A stretch of DNA of 64,000 nt, taken from assembly GCA_029856365.1 (NCBI GenBank), contig JAHQWW010000003.1, positions 1-64,000 of the forward strand, given 5' to 3'. Of this stretch, positions 42,601-51,245 are shown piece by piece (the first letter of the stretch is position 1; every line of letters begins with the position of its first letter). Both the position numbers and the translations under genes were made by a program. The stretch comes from Candidatus Hodarchaeota archaeon. Lineage in GTDB: Archaea; Asgardarchaeota; Heimdallarchaeia; Hodarchaeales; Hodarchaeaceae. The notes under the pieces were generated by a model that ran no database searches, was not told the DNA's origin, and saw only the letters and a list, made by a program, of their open reading frames with translations.

Positions 42601-43218
42601 CAACTGACTATAGACTTCTAGTAAATCAGGAATAGTCATCACATGAATGCTTGTTTTTGTTGTTTGATTCGTTATTCGAATCTTTTCTTCATCAAAATTA
42701 ACAAATTTTCCATAAAGTTCGATAATCTCTCGATTAAACAATAATATAGATACATTTTTTCCTCTTAGAACCTCTGAAATCTGATTATAGGTTCTAAGCA
42801 CATTTGAACTAAATTTCACAATCTCTTTGATGTTAAAACTGGGAATTTGTAGTTTACGAATGGTTTCTGTCTCTTGGGGGATAAATTTGGCAATTTCTTT
42901 GATGTTATTTGCCAAGTCAAAGTAAATCTTACGATATCCAACTAAAAGGGTATTTAGTAAATCCTCAGATAATTTACCAAATTTCTCTTTATTTTGAGTA
43001 AGGGATCTTTTCATTCCCCTCTTTTTAAAGAATCCTGCTGTAGGCAAGTCTTTTTCCAATTTTTCGATTTCTATCACTAATTTTTGTGCTTCGTTTAAAG
43101 TGGAGACAGCTTGCACTGTTGGGTCAATTGATCGTAATTCAGTCACTAAATCTCGAATCTTATGAAGAACTTCCTTTGAAAGGAGTTCTCCTGCTTCCGA
43201 TGTCATATTGGCTGGCAT
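39700..43218 (-). CDS. 1172-aa all-helical repeat / coiled-coil protein
   Basis: E/K/L/I-rich amphipathic helices throughout; no Walker motifs or TM helix seen. Confidence 0.8.
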   Translation of the reverse strand: MPANMTSEAGELLSKEVLHKIRDLVTELRSIDPTVQAVSTLNEAQKLVIEIEKLEKDLPTAGFFKKRGMKRSLTQNKEKFGKLSEDLLNTLLVGYRKIYFDLANNIKEIAKFIPQETETIRKLQIPSFNIKEIVKFSSNVLRTYNQISEVLRGKNVSILLFNREIIELYGKFVNFDEEKIRITNQTTKTSIHVMTIPDLLEVYSQLEAENAYLKQRRKGTEGKIQLAIIQMSSELQQHIDTVASIGLDLWAKIDVLKEEIQDIQASTEKTTSVETLITLEKRLNSLSNEFVNALRTYEISLKTETEDQIGRIIQITGREGLESSFSPVPETDVSSTNIPTIIQDIEKIRSWRQQQIIVTKKLISTSELINASKAIRAMKIPVPSDFTKDIRAIEKEAAKTRDLQEWVELAKRYHELKSALAEECQNYFFRLLENPHIQEVINLSEGPQIPIIRDFEALSPSELSSKAREIKDWETRLVAYFSKPAQQSLRQNLLNLYDSRESLRDILSEDLKDQIEYQRKHKIVEEIDIRDLVHEIERLHRLNTNIKTELWNKIDNEIHPIYNQLINLETIPPKLKVHVPILAVDDLKSFRDEASAVAQKSTQELLDEYEKIPVWKYKISSRIRENLKSIPFPLIPIETRFDLREKRSKIVDLIDEYSESGNIEAVIKEYISFLETIEENKNEILIELKKQITNLEGVDRRLFRLLKSRKSSLIYSTDREIDDLDYSEALTEFWQLRAFVERKASTLAEQMEREISSHIQDYSKLPSQYTIFFEETLKLMNEKMAEIKTHKDIIRLVNVFESYSLESLQMAKDSLATLHQNLYNWLRLSLPRINEITPLDDRVFGAEKKIADFEAEEVSHERLAHKLRQLIFLYDTEIVAVLLAHGVKESRKVLKNVNDLKEVGINIIEYVGGYIETFSQVIVKNQEDVQLLEITDVFVEIDRLQTDTKACREIRSMGKRYITEIQDAVEYLFNHYQIDLRQDERVDLAYLSQFQEIATTNHISRLTQAILELVSVRGTVIEIMKKIEKDRNAALQIELGNLEYYSNIQEVFKRYTEEASENIFPLSKLVKAREEFLDSHDLRYILELIPLIDEQRKEWKKVSVQLNHWHHAIRMFRPRYTPTESREENSRQYKEISKKIRETYPHNKVIRSYLSLVMKLLIEIKSGIKLEK

Positions 43219-43516
43219 CCTTCGATAATGAGGTGTAGTCTCTTTTCATTACCACTTAGGTAGAGGGTTCTTTATATGTTTCAGTATTATACACACACTA
43301 TACTTTTCCCCTTTTTTAAATTAATCAAATAATCAAACACTCTGTGGATCTAAAATGCCTTTATTAGCTATACCGCTGGCAAAAACTAAGGGAAAATCAA
43401 CTTAATTTACATAAAAAAAGGTATGACTCATGAAAGTATGAAAGAAAAATTTAAGCAATTATTTATAAGAGAAAAGAAATTAAATTTCAAGATAAGGCTA
43501 AACTATCAATTCATGT

Positions 43517-44338
43517 TTGAAGGTTGAAAGATTGCTGAACGCATTGTTAATCTCAATAGGAAATGAGTTACTATCAGGTAAAACTATCAATACAAATGCG
43601 ACTTATCTTGCGAAAAATCTTACAAATTTAGGATTTGTCGTAAAAAAAATCATTACTGTTCCTGATGATCCAGAAATTGTACCAATCGAGATTTCTCACG
43701 CACTCTTATCGAATGATTACCGAATTATTCTTATAACGGGAGGTTTAGGTCCGACTTGGGATGACTCAACAGCATTCTTTCTATCAAAAGCACTAGGTGT
43801 TGACACAGAACTTAACGCTAAAGCTTTATCAATAGTTACACAACGCTACCAAGTTTTATTCAATAAAAAACTGGTAGAAACGTCTGAAATTACCCCAGCA
43901 CGAAAAAAAATGGCAATTCTACCAGTAAACGCTGATCCTATTGATAATCCTGTTGGGACTGCCCCTGGAATCTTTTTTAACCATAAAGACTCAAATACAT
44001 GGATTTTCTGTCTTCCTGGGGTACCTCGGGAAATGAAGGCAATGTATCTTTTAATTGAGTCCGAAATTATGGCTTTAATAAAAGAGAAACATATGAGTTA
44101 CTATGAAACAGAATTTACATCATCGTTCACAGATGAATCTTTACTTGCCCCGTTTTTAATACGAGTGCGTCAAAAGTATGATGTGTGGATAAAATCACTT
44201 CCAGAAGCTTATCAAGAGGAAAAAAATATTCGCTTAATTATATCAAAATCAGCAGACTCAGAGGTGGATGCGAAGAAAGAAGTTATGGATGCAAAAGCAT
44301 ACCTCCAAAAATTATTAGATTTATCACATAATTCCTAG
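43517..44338 (+). CDS. CinA N-terminal-like molybdopterin-binding-fold protein (ADP-ribose/FAD pyrophosphatase type)
   Basis: IGNELLSG..INTN, TGGLGPTWDD, NPVGTAPG and LPGVPREM motifs. Confidence 0.9.
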   Translation: MKVERLLNALLISIGNELLSGKTINTNATYLAKNLTNLGFVVKKIITVPDDPEIVPIEISHALLSNDYRIILITGGLGPTWDDSTAFFLSKALGVDTELNAKALSIVTQRYQVLFNKKLVETSEITPARKKMAILPVNADPIDNPVGTAPGIFFNHKDSNTWIFCLPGVPREMKAMYLLIESEIMALIKEKHMSYYETEFTSSFTDESLLAPFLIRVRQKYDVWIKSLPEAYQEEKNIRLIISKSADSEVDAKKEVMDAKAYLQKLLDLSHNS

Positions 44339-44586
44339 TGAAGTAATAGTGTAACCCATATATGTAGGAAAATTACTAGGAACAACTGAATGAATTGCAG
44401 TTAATATCTAATGTCTAAACTTTGTATAGAAAATAAATATAGAAGAAAAACTTTACAAGAGTGATAGCTGAATATCATACACAGTGTTGTTGTTTTCACT
44501 TAGATCACCATCTTTGTTAGACTATTTAAATGAGATCAAACTAGGATTTAATTGCAGAAAAATGGCATTGGAGAATTGCTTGCCAA

Positions 44587-46893
44587 ATGAGCGACGATAA
44601 TGATTCAAAATTACTACTACTAAAAGTTGCAGAGGCGAACCAGGGGGACGTGGGACGAGGATTGGTTCGCATAGATTATTCCATCATGCGGGAAAATGGA
44701 TTAGAAACAGGAGATATAATTGAAATCTCTAGTGAGAGAGCTAATGGAAGAAAAACAGGTGCCTTGGTCATACCTGGAAGACGAGAAGATCGGGGGAAAA
44801 ATATCATCAGGATGGATGGGTTAATCAGAGGGAATGTGGGGACAAGTTTAGGTGAAACTGTTCGAATTCGGCAAATCAAAAAACGAGAAGCAAATCGTAT
44901 CACTATAGCACCTGCAGAAGAACGTATTAGGCTTTTAGTTAGATCAGAAATTATTCGTGAACGTTTACAGAATCATCCAGTCTCACGTGGTGATTTACTG
45001 GTTATAACGGGGCAAATCCGTAAGATTCCTCCCTCTGGAGGATCCAGTGGAACAGGAATGGATGATTTCATCTCTCGTTTCTTCGGCGCATCAAGTCCCG
45101 TATCTTTGGGTGAGATTAAAGTTGTGGTCGTTGCAACGGACCCAGAAGGCATTGTTACGGTAGGAGATACAACAGAAGTCAATATTGTTGAAGAAGCTCC
45201 TAAGGATCTTCGAATGATGCCACGAGTGACATACGAGGATATTGGTGGCCTATCGGAGGAAATTAAGCGTGTGAGAGAGATGATCGAGCTTCCGATGAAA
45301 CATCCCGAACTCTTTGAAAGGTTAGGGATCGATCCTCCAAAAGGTGTCTTATTACATGGACCTCCAGGTACAGGAAAAACATTACTTGCCAAAGCTGTTG
45401 CAAATGAATCAGGAGTTAATTTCGTATCAATTGCTGGGCCCGAAATTATGTCAAAATTTTATGGAGAGAGTGAACAACGAATTCGTGAGATTTTTGAACA
45501 AGCTGAGAAAGACGCCCCAAGTATTATTTTTATAGATGAATTAGATTCAATCGCAGTAAAAAGGGAAGAAGTCACTGGAGAAGTAGAAAGACGAGTTGTT
45601 GCTCAATTGTTGGCCTTGATGGATGGTTTAAAGAGTCGTGGTAAAGTTATAGTTATTGGGGCAACGAACCGGCCTAATGCACTCGATCCTGCCTTGCGAA
45701 GACCTGGACGATTTGACAGAGAAATTGAAATTGGGGTTCCAGATAGAAATGGGCGTTATGAAGTCTTGTTGGTTCATACAAGAGGAATGCCTATTGATGA
45801 AGATGTCGATTTAGAAGAATATGCTGCTAAAACACATGGTTTTGTTGGAGCAGACATCGCTGCTCTTACAAAAGAAGCTGCAATGCATACTCTTCGAAAA
45901 GTTTTACCAAAAATTGATTTTGATAAACCTCTCACGCCAGAAATTCTTTCAAAATTAGTTGTCTCGAAAGAAAATTTCGATGAAGCACTTAAAATTACAG
46001 AGCCCTCAGCTATGCGCGAAGTACTGTTGGAGATTCCAAATATTCACTGGAAAGATATTGGGGGTCTTGAAGGGGTGAAACAACAACTTATTGAAGCTGT
46101 AGAATGGCCCATTATTTATCCTGAGATGTTTAAGCGCCATGGTATTACCCCTCCCCATGGTATTCTTCTTTATGGTCCACCTGGGACTGGAAAGACCCTC
46201 TTAGCCAAAGCTGTTGCTACTGAAAGCCAAGCAAATTTCATAGCAATTCGTGGGCCTGAGTTTCTGTCAAAATGGGTTGGTGAAAGTGAAAAAGCTGTTC
46301 GTGAAGTTTTTAGGAAAGCTAAACAAGCATCTCCTTCTATTATATTTTTAGACGAGCTTGATGCCATTGCTCCTCGCCGAGGAGTATTTGCTGGTGGTAG
46401 CCACGTCACGGAGAGTGTTGTGAACCAAATATTATCATTACTAGATGGTTTAGAGAATCTTCGTGATGTTGTTGTACTAGGTGCAAGTAATCGACCAGAT
46501 ATGATCGACCCAGCTCTCCTCAGACCAGGGAGGTTTGATCGATTATTATTGGTGAAGCCTCCTGATACTGAATCTCGAGAAAAAATCCTACAGATTCATA
46601 CAAATGCAATGAGGCTGGCGTTGGATGTCAACATTTCCCAACTTGCTAGTGACTTAGATGGATATGTAGGTGCAGATATAGCTGCAATTTGCCGTGAAGC
46701 TGTTATGATTGCACTCCGTGAAGATTTAAACACGGAATTAATAGAAAAACGTCATTTTTTTGAAGCAAAAAAAGCCATTCATCCCAGCATTAGTGATAAG
46801 ATTATCAAAGAATTTGAAGAATTAGAACGTAAGCTTTTAGGGAAATCGGAAATTGGACGGAAAGATGTATTAGGATTGAAAGATTATCTCTGA
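44587..46893 (+). CDS. cdc48: CDC48/VCP (VAT) AAA+ ATPase
   Basis: N-domain plus two AAA modules (GPPGTGKT twice, DELD twice, RPGRFD twice). Confidence 0.97.
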   Translation: MSDDNDSKLLLLKVAEANQGDVGRGLVRIDYSIMRENGLETGDIIEISSERANGRKTGALVIPGRREDRGKNIIRMDGLIRGNVGTSLGETVRIRQIKKREANRITIAPAEERIRLLVRSEIIRERLQNHPVSRGDLLVITGQIRKIPPSGGSSGTGMDDFISRFFGASSPVSLGEIKVVVVATDPEGIVTVGDTTEVNIVEEAPKDLRMMPRVTYEDIGGLSEEIKRVREMIELPMKHPELFERLGIDPPKGVLLHGPPGTGKTLLAKAVANESGVNFVSIAGPEIMSKFYGESEQRIREIFEQAEKDAPSIIFIDELDSIAVKREEVTGEVERRVVAQLLALMDGLKSRGKVIVIGATNRPNALDPALRRPGRFDREIEIGVPDRNGRYEVLLVHTRGMPIDEDVDLEEYAAKTHGFVGADIAALTKEAAMHTLRKVLPKIDFDKPLTPEILSKLVVSKENFDEALKITEPSAMREVLLEIPNIHWKDIGGLEGVKQQLIEAVEWPIIYPEMFKRHGITPPHGILLYGPPGTGKTLLAKAVATESQANFIAIRGPEFLSKWVGESEKAVREVFRKAKQASPSIIFLDELDAIAPRRGVFAGGSHVTESVVNQILSLLDGLENLRDVVVLGASNRPDMIDPALLRPGRFDRLLLVKPPDTESREKILQIHTNAMRLALDVNISQLASDLDGYVGADIAAICREAVMIALREDLNTELIEKRHFFEAKKAIHPSISDKIIKEFEELERKLLGKSEIGRKDVLGLKDYL

Positions 46894-47073
46894 TATGCTC
46901 TCAACAATGAGATAGTACGATCTTATTATAGCTAAGGCATAGTATTTCCATGTTCTCTTCTTGAGAAAAAGTGAACACTATTATATTACAATATTGACGT
47001 TTAAGTATTTTCCAATCTGCCCCATTTTGGTATAGTTAAATTCTCCTGATATTTATCCATAATCCAAAGAATA

Positions 47074-48024
47074 TCACTTGGTATTATCTGCAGATCGAAT
47101 TATTGGTTTATAAATGTCTAAAGGCCACTGTTTCTCCATCAATTTCAGAAGCACACGTGAGTCAAATTGATCAATCTCAATCGAAGCTGATGCTGTTTTC
47201 ATTAATCGTTCAGCTATCAATTTTGATCGTACGACGGAATCGGAGTACCCTATTATGAGTCCAATCACTAAAGGATGATTTTTCACTATAACAAGCTGAA
47301 GATCGGAAGCTGTTATTACTTCCATTCCAGTTGGATTCTTTGATAATTCTTTCACTGTTTCACTAATACCCAAATTTAGCTGATCCAGGATAGGACGTTC
47401 TATATTTATGAATTTCGTAGTATAGATCTGATGTGTTTCGAGATCAATTAAAATTACTACTCGTACTTTACATTTGAATGTGGATTCAACTCCAGCCAAT
47501 ATATCGGCTATCCAGTCAAATGCATCATAAAAATTCTCACCAGTCTTTGCTGATACCCGAAATAAGCCTACAGGTCTATCTGATCTTTGCGCGCGAGGTA
47601 AATCAAGATCCTGTACAATTAGATCAAAAGCTCGAGCCCCCTCTAAGTCAATTTTATTAGCAATGAAGAGAACAGGGGCTTTCTCGTTTCTCTGAATGGA
47701 ATCCCAGAAAGCCTCTGATGCTTCTGTGATACGAATATCAGCACTATCAAGTACAAAAACGATTGCTGACGCTTTTTCTAGAGAATCATGCCATAAAAGG
47801 TTACGGTATATCTCTTGTCCACCTAAATCAACCAAATTGAACTCAATTTGACGATATCTCACGGTTCGATAGTTGACACCGAGGGTTCGTGTTGTAGGTA
47901 CAAATTCTGAACGTAAAAGTCTATTAACGATTGTGGTTTTACCAGCGCCGTCGAGACCAATAATGGTAATCTCATATTTCTCGACCTTTTTTCCTTTGAA
48001 AATTCTTCGCAATATACTCGACAC
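47074..48024 (-). CDS. Arf-like small GTPase fused to a C-terminal roadblock/longin-like domain
   Basis: GLDGAGKTT, DLGGQ, NKID and SAK motifs; N-terminal amphipathic helix; about 130-aa C-terminal alpha/beta domain. Confidence 0.88.
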   Translation of the reverse strand: MSSILRRIFKGKKVEKYEITIIGLDGAGKTTIVNRLLRSEFVPTTRTLGVNYRTVRYRQIEFNLVDLGGQEIYRNLLWHDSLEKASAIVFVLDSADIRITEASEAFWDSIQRNEKAPVLFIANKIDLEGARAFDLIVQDLDLPRAQRSDRPVGLFRVSAKTGENFYDAFDWIADILAGVESTFKCKVRVVILIDLETHQIYTTKFINIERPILDQLNLGISETVKELSKNPTGMEVITASDLQLVIVKNHPLVIGLIIGYSDSVVRSKLIAERLMKTASASIEIDQFDSRVLLKLMEKQWPLDIYKPIIRSADNTK

Positions 48025-48456
48025 TAATAACCACCGATCGTAATAGAGTAGTCAATAATTCCAAAAAAATTAATGTATTTTTTGTAAATAAATTTTCTAC
48101 TTGCACTCATAAATCTTTACAAATCATAATTAAGAATGGCTAGAAAATCAACTTAATTAATTTTGAGGAAACACTCAATATCTTTTCCGTTATTCAAAAA
48201 AGAGGGATATTACTAATTTATATTCTTAAACTTTTTAAATGAAGCTACTTTTTCATCATTGATATGGGCTACTACCAGTCAGAATTGGAATTTCTCATGA
48301 GTTTTTTAGCTTCTTTGAGATATTTACACTTTTTCTTATAGACCTTTATGTGGAGTGAAATAAACTAAACTTCGCTTTGGGTTAATAATAGAAATATTAA
48401 GTAAACTTAAAATTGCATCTTAAGCTGTTAGGAGACTTTAAAGGAGAGATTTTATT

Positions 48457-49404
48457 TTGAGAGGTAATTTTACAGAAACTCCAGAGTTTCGTGAACTAAA
48501 AACTACAATGAAGAAAATTAAAAATTTAACCATTCAAGGTGCTACGAATGTTGCTATTTTTGGGGTTCAAGCTTTCGCAAAACATGCCAAAACTGTTCCA
48601 TTAAAAGGAGATGATCTATTTAAACACTTAGAGGCTGTTGTTGATCAACTTAGCAGTGTTAGAGTTACAGAGCCAGCATTAAGAAATGGTTTACGATATG
48701 TCATGACAGGGATACGGCTAGATGGAAAAGAAACTGCTGATATTCATGGCAAGAAGTATATTAACTTAATAAATGAAGCTAAGCTGAAAATCTTTAAAAC
48801 TGGGGCCGAACGAATACAAGATGGCTCGCGAGTTTTCACCCACTGCCATTCGTCTATTACAGTGGGGATTTTTCTTGAAGCAGCTAAGCAAGGGAAGGAC
48901 TTCGAAGTAATTAACACAGAGACTCGACCTCTTTATCAAGGGAGAAAGACAGCAAAAAAACTATTAGAGAATAACATTAGAGTTACTCACATTGTAGATT
49001 CAGCAATGCGATGGGCAATGAACATTTACAATCCTCATATGATTTTTATGGGAGCAGATGCTATTACTGTTGAAGGGGTAGCTTTAAATAAGATTGGTTC
49101 CCGTCTCTGTGCTCTAGCATCGGAAGAAGAACATATTCCTCTCTATATTTGCACCTCGCTTTTAAAATATGATCAAGCTACCAGCATAGGCCGACTTAGT
49201 GAAATTGAAATGCGTGCTCCCTTTGAAATTTGGGATGATGATGTTCCTCCAGGTATTAGGGTTGTTAACCCTGCTTTTGAAACCATTGACCGAAATAATA
49301 TCTCTGCTTATATAACTGAAGCAGGATTAATTCCCCCTCAAACGGTTCATATGACATTTCAACGTCTGTATGGCAAAAAAATTCAATACTATCATCATTT
49401 TTAG
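48457..49404 (+). CDS. Ribose-1,5-bisphosphate isomerase (eIF2B-related family)
   Basis: IQGA, THCHS (catalytic Cys), ETRP..QG, GADAI, NKIGS and NPAFE motifs. Confidence 0.85.
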   Translation: MRGNFTETPEFRELKTTMKKIKNLTIQGATNVAIFGVQAFAKHAKTVPLKGDDLFKHLEAVVDQLSSVRVTEPALRNGLRYVMTGIRLDGKETADIHGKKYINLINEAKLKIFKTGAERIQDGSRVFTHCHSSITVGIFLEAAKQGKDFEVINTETRPLYQGRKTAKKLLENNIRVTHIVDSAMRWAMNIYNPHMIFMGADAITVEGVALNKIGSRLCALASEEEHIPLYICTSLLKYDQATSIGRLSEIEMRAPFEIWDDDVPPGIRVVNPAFETIDRNNISAYITEAGLIPPQTVHMTFQRLYGKKIQYYHHF

Positions 49405-49455
49405 AGTAAAAATTGCATTATTTCATCAAAACAGTTTAATAGGATCTTTTAGGTG

Positions 49456-49812
49456 TTAACGAATATCAGGCCCGTCACCTAGATAATATGCATCGTCCTC
49501 TACAAACCCTATTTTTTCAAGTTCATCACGTATGCTTCTTAGAATAAGTTGTTCTTCATTTTCATCATCTTCATATGGCCAAATCGTGAATCCAACGATT
49601 ATTTCACATTGATGAGTTTCATCATCAAAACTATCCAATTCGACATAAAACCCTCGTGCGGTTCCTGCGAATTCTTTTTCTAGTGTTTGACTCACTTCGA
49701 TTAGGTTTGCATCGGCTGATTCGAAGGTCATTTGCTCCTCTCCCTCACGAAAAAGACCGTTGAAAACATAATATCGTGTAATAGCAGCAGTCAAAGACTC
49801 ACGATAAACCAT
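49456..49812 (-). CDS. Hypothetical acidic protein
   Basis: ORF with coding-like composition; no motif. Confidence 0.6.
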   Translation of the reverse strand: MVYRESLTAAITRYYVFNGLFREGEEQMTFESADANLIEVSQTLEKEFAGTARGFYVELDSFDDETHQCEIIVGFTIWPYEDDENEEQLILRSIRDELEKIGFVEDDAYYLGDGPDIR

Positions 49813-49937
49813 GGGAATTCACAGGCCTACTGACAATTTCTTTCTAGAAATCCTTTATATTAATGCATTTTATTCTTCAATGATATATTAATTACTGAGA
49901 TTAATTTTTTCTTTTCAATTGTTACGATATCTTTGTT

Positions 49938-51197
49938 CTAAAAGAAATCATCTAATGTTTTTCGATTTAAAATGGGGCTTTGATGATAATAAAATCTCAT
50001 TGGAATTGTTAAATTCTCACCAATAAATTGAAGTGCCTGTTGCAAATTATCAAAACACTGATATGGATTGTTGACTGCTTTACGCATGTTTTCCCGGACT
50101 TGCCAAACACCCAATGGAATTGAATATCCCTTTCCAACCTCACGAAAAGCAACCACTGCGGCTTTACGCCTCATTTGTACGAGCTTTTCTTGTACAGCTA
50201 ATCTAGCAGCATAATAACCTCCAACAGTATTAGTTGCGTAAGTTTTTCGTCCATTTGGCCCTTCAGTATCAGTTGAAATTCCTGGAGTTGAACTAGTAAG
50301 ATTCCAAGCACTCTTTTTTTTCCATGTTTCATGATAATCGAAGTGCCACTCACGCCTAGGAATAAATAGAACCCAAAAATCATTATCCAAGTAGGAATTA
50401 TGAAAAACCATATAATCTTGAATTTCAGGATAGTCTTGAATTTGTCTCCTGAGATGATTACCAGTCATATCGTCAACAGCTGTGATACTCCACCTTGTAG
50501 GTACAAACTTTCGATTTTTAGTCAAACCTAATAAGCCAGCAGATAATATTCTTGATATTTGAGTGACTGTTGCCTCTGTTTTATATAGTTCTGTGACTGC
50601 AGAGACAGCATTCAAATCAGAATCACTTACAACTCGATCGACTTTATGATCGACTTTAGGTGTTGTTGTCAATTGGATAGAGTCTATATTAATACGAGCA
50701 CCCATAGGTTGGGTGAAACGATCGAAATTTATGTCTAACCGAGGTTTTTTAGAGAATTTTACTTCCAAATCAATAGGAGATGAAGATTGGATTTGTTCCT
50801 GTGTGATTTCAAGGATTTTTGTGGACGAGGTTATATCTGTGACTTTGATTGGTTCAGCTATAAATCGAAATAACTTTGCTCGGAGGTTAACTATGTCTTC
50901 TAATGACATATTTGTCTGCCAAATATCAGGTTCATCGATTACCTGAATATTTTCCCAGTTAATTGCTGCCATTGGTCCTAATCTAACCTTAGGATATCCG
51001 AATCTACCAACAAACAAGCTCGGAGGGCTAGGCCCATAGTATTCATTTTTTAATTTAGGTAAGATCTTCCTAACGGGCAATAGGGCCTTTGTTTTAAGAA
51101 TTATGGGACAATAGGAAAGACCACATAAAAATTTCCCGCCCTTACAGCGTAAACAGAGCTCTTTGTTTGTAGATAATTTAACCATGATTTCACTCAC
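49938..51197 (-). CDS. nreA: Nre family DNA repair protein
   Basis: CLRCKG...CG...CP, SPPSLFVGRFGYPKV, VPTRWSITAVD and PLGVWQVRE motifs; C-terminal PIP-like RKTLDDFF. Confidence 0.93.
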   Translation of the reverse strand: MSEIMVKLSTNKELCLRCKGGKFLCGLSYCPIILKTKALLPVRKILPKLKNEYYGPSPPSLFVGRFGYPKVRLGPMAAINWENIQVIDEPDIWQTNMSLEDIVNLRAKLFRFIAEPIKVTDITSSTKILEITQEQIQSSSPIDLEVKFSKKPRLDINFDRFTQPMGARINIDSIQLTTTPKVDHKVDRVVSDSDLNAVSAVTELYKTEATVTQISRILSAGLLGLTKNRKFVPTRWSITAVDDMTGNHLRRQIQDYPEIQDYMVFHNSYLDNDFWVLFIPRREWHFDYHETWKKKSAWNLTSSTPGISTDTEGPNGRKTYATNTVGGYYAARLAVQEKLVQMRRKAAVVAFREVGKGYSIPLGVWQVRENMRKAVNNPYQCFDNLQQALQFIGENLTIPMRFYYHQSPILNRKTLDDFF

Positions 51198-51245
51198 TAA
51201 GTACTTTATATAGACTCATTGCTCTTTACACAGATAATATCTTTT

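Noticed and set aside
39700-43218. SMC/Rad50 or dynamin-like ATPase/GTPase
   Set aside because: No Walker A, ABC signature or G-motifs found
44676-46409. Antisense and alternate-frame ORFs inside cdc48 (and similar short ORFs inside other genes, e.g. 4674-4991, 25343-25618, 36792-37103, 62867-63205)
   Set aside because: Shadow ORFs overlapping well-supported genes, with no independent coding signal
48457-49404. Translation factor eIF2B subunit as a eukaryotic signature
   Set aside because: Catalytic residues of ribose-1,5-bisphosphate isomerase are intact, so a metabolic enzyme is the simpler call
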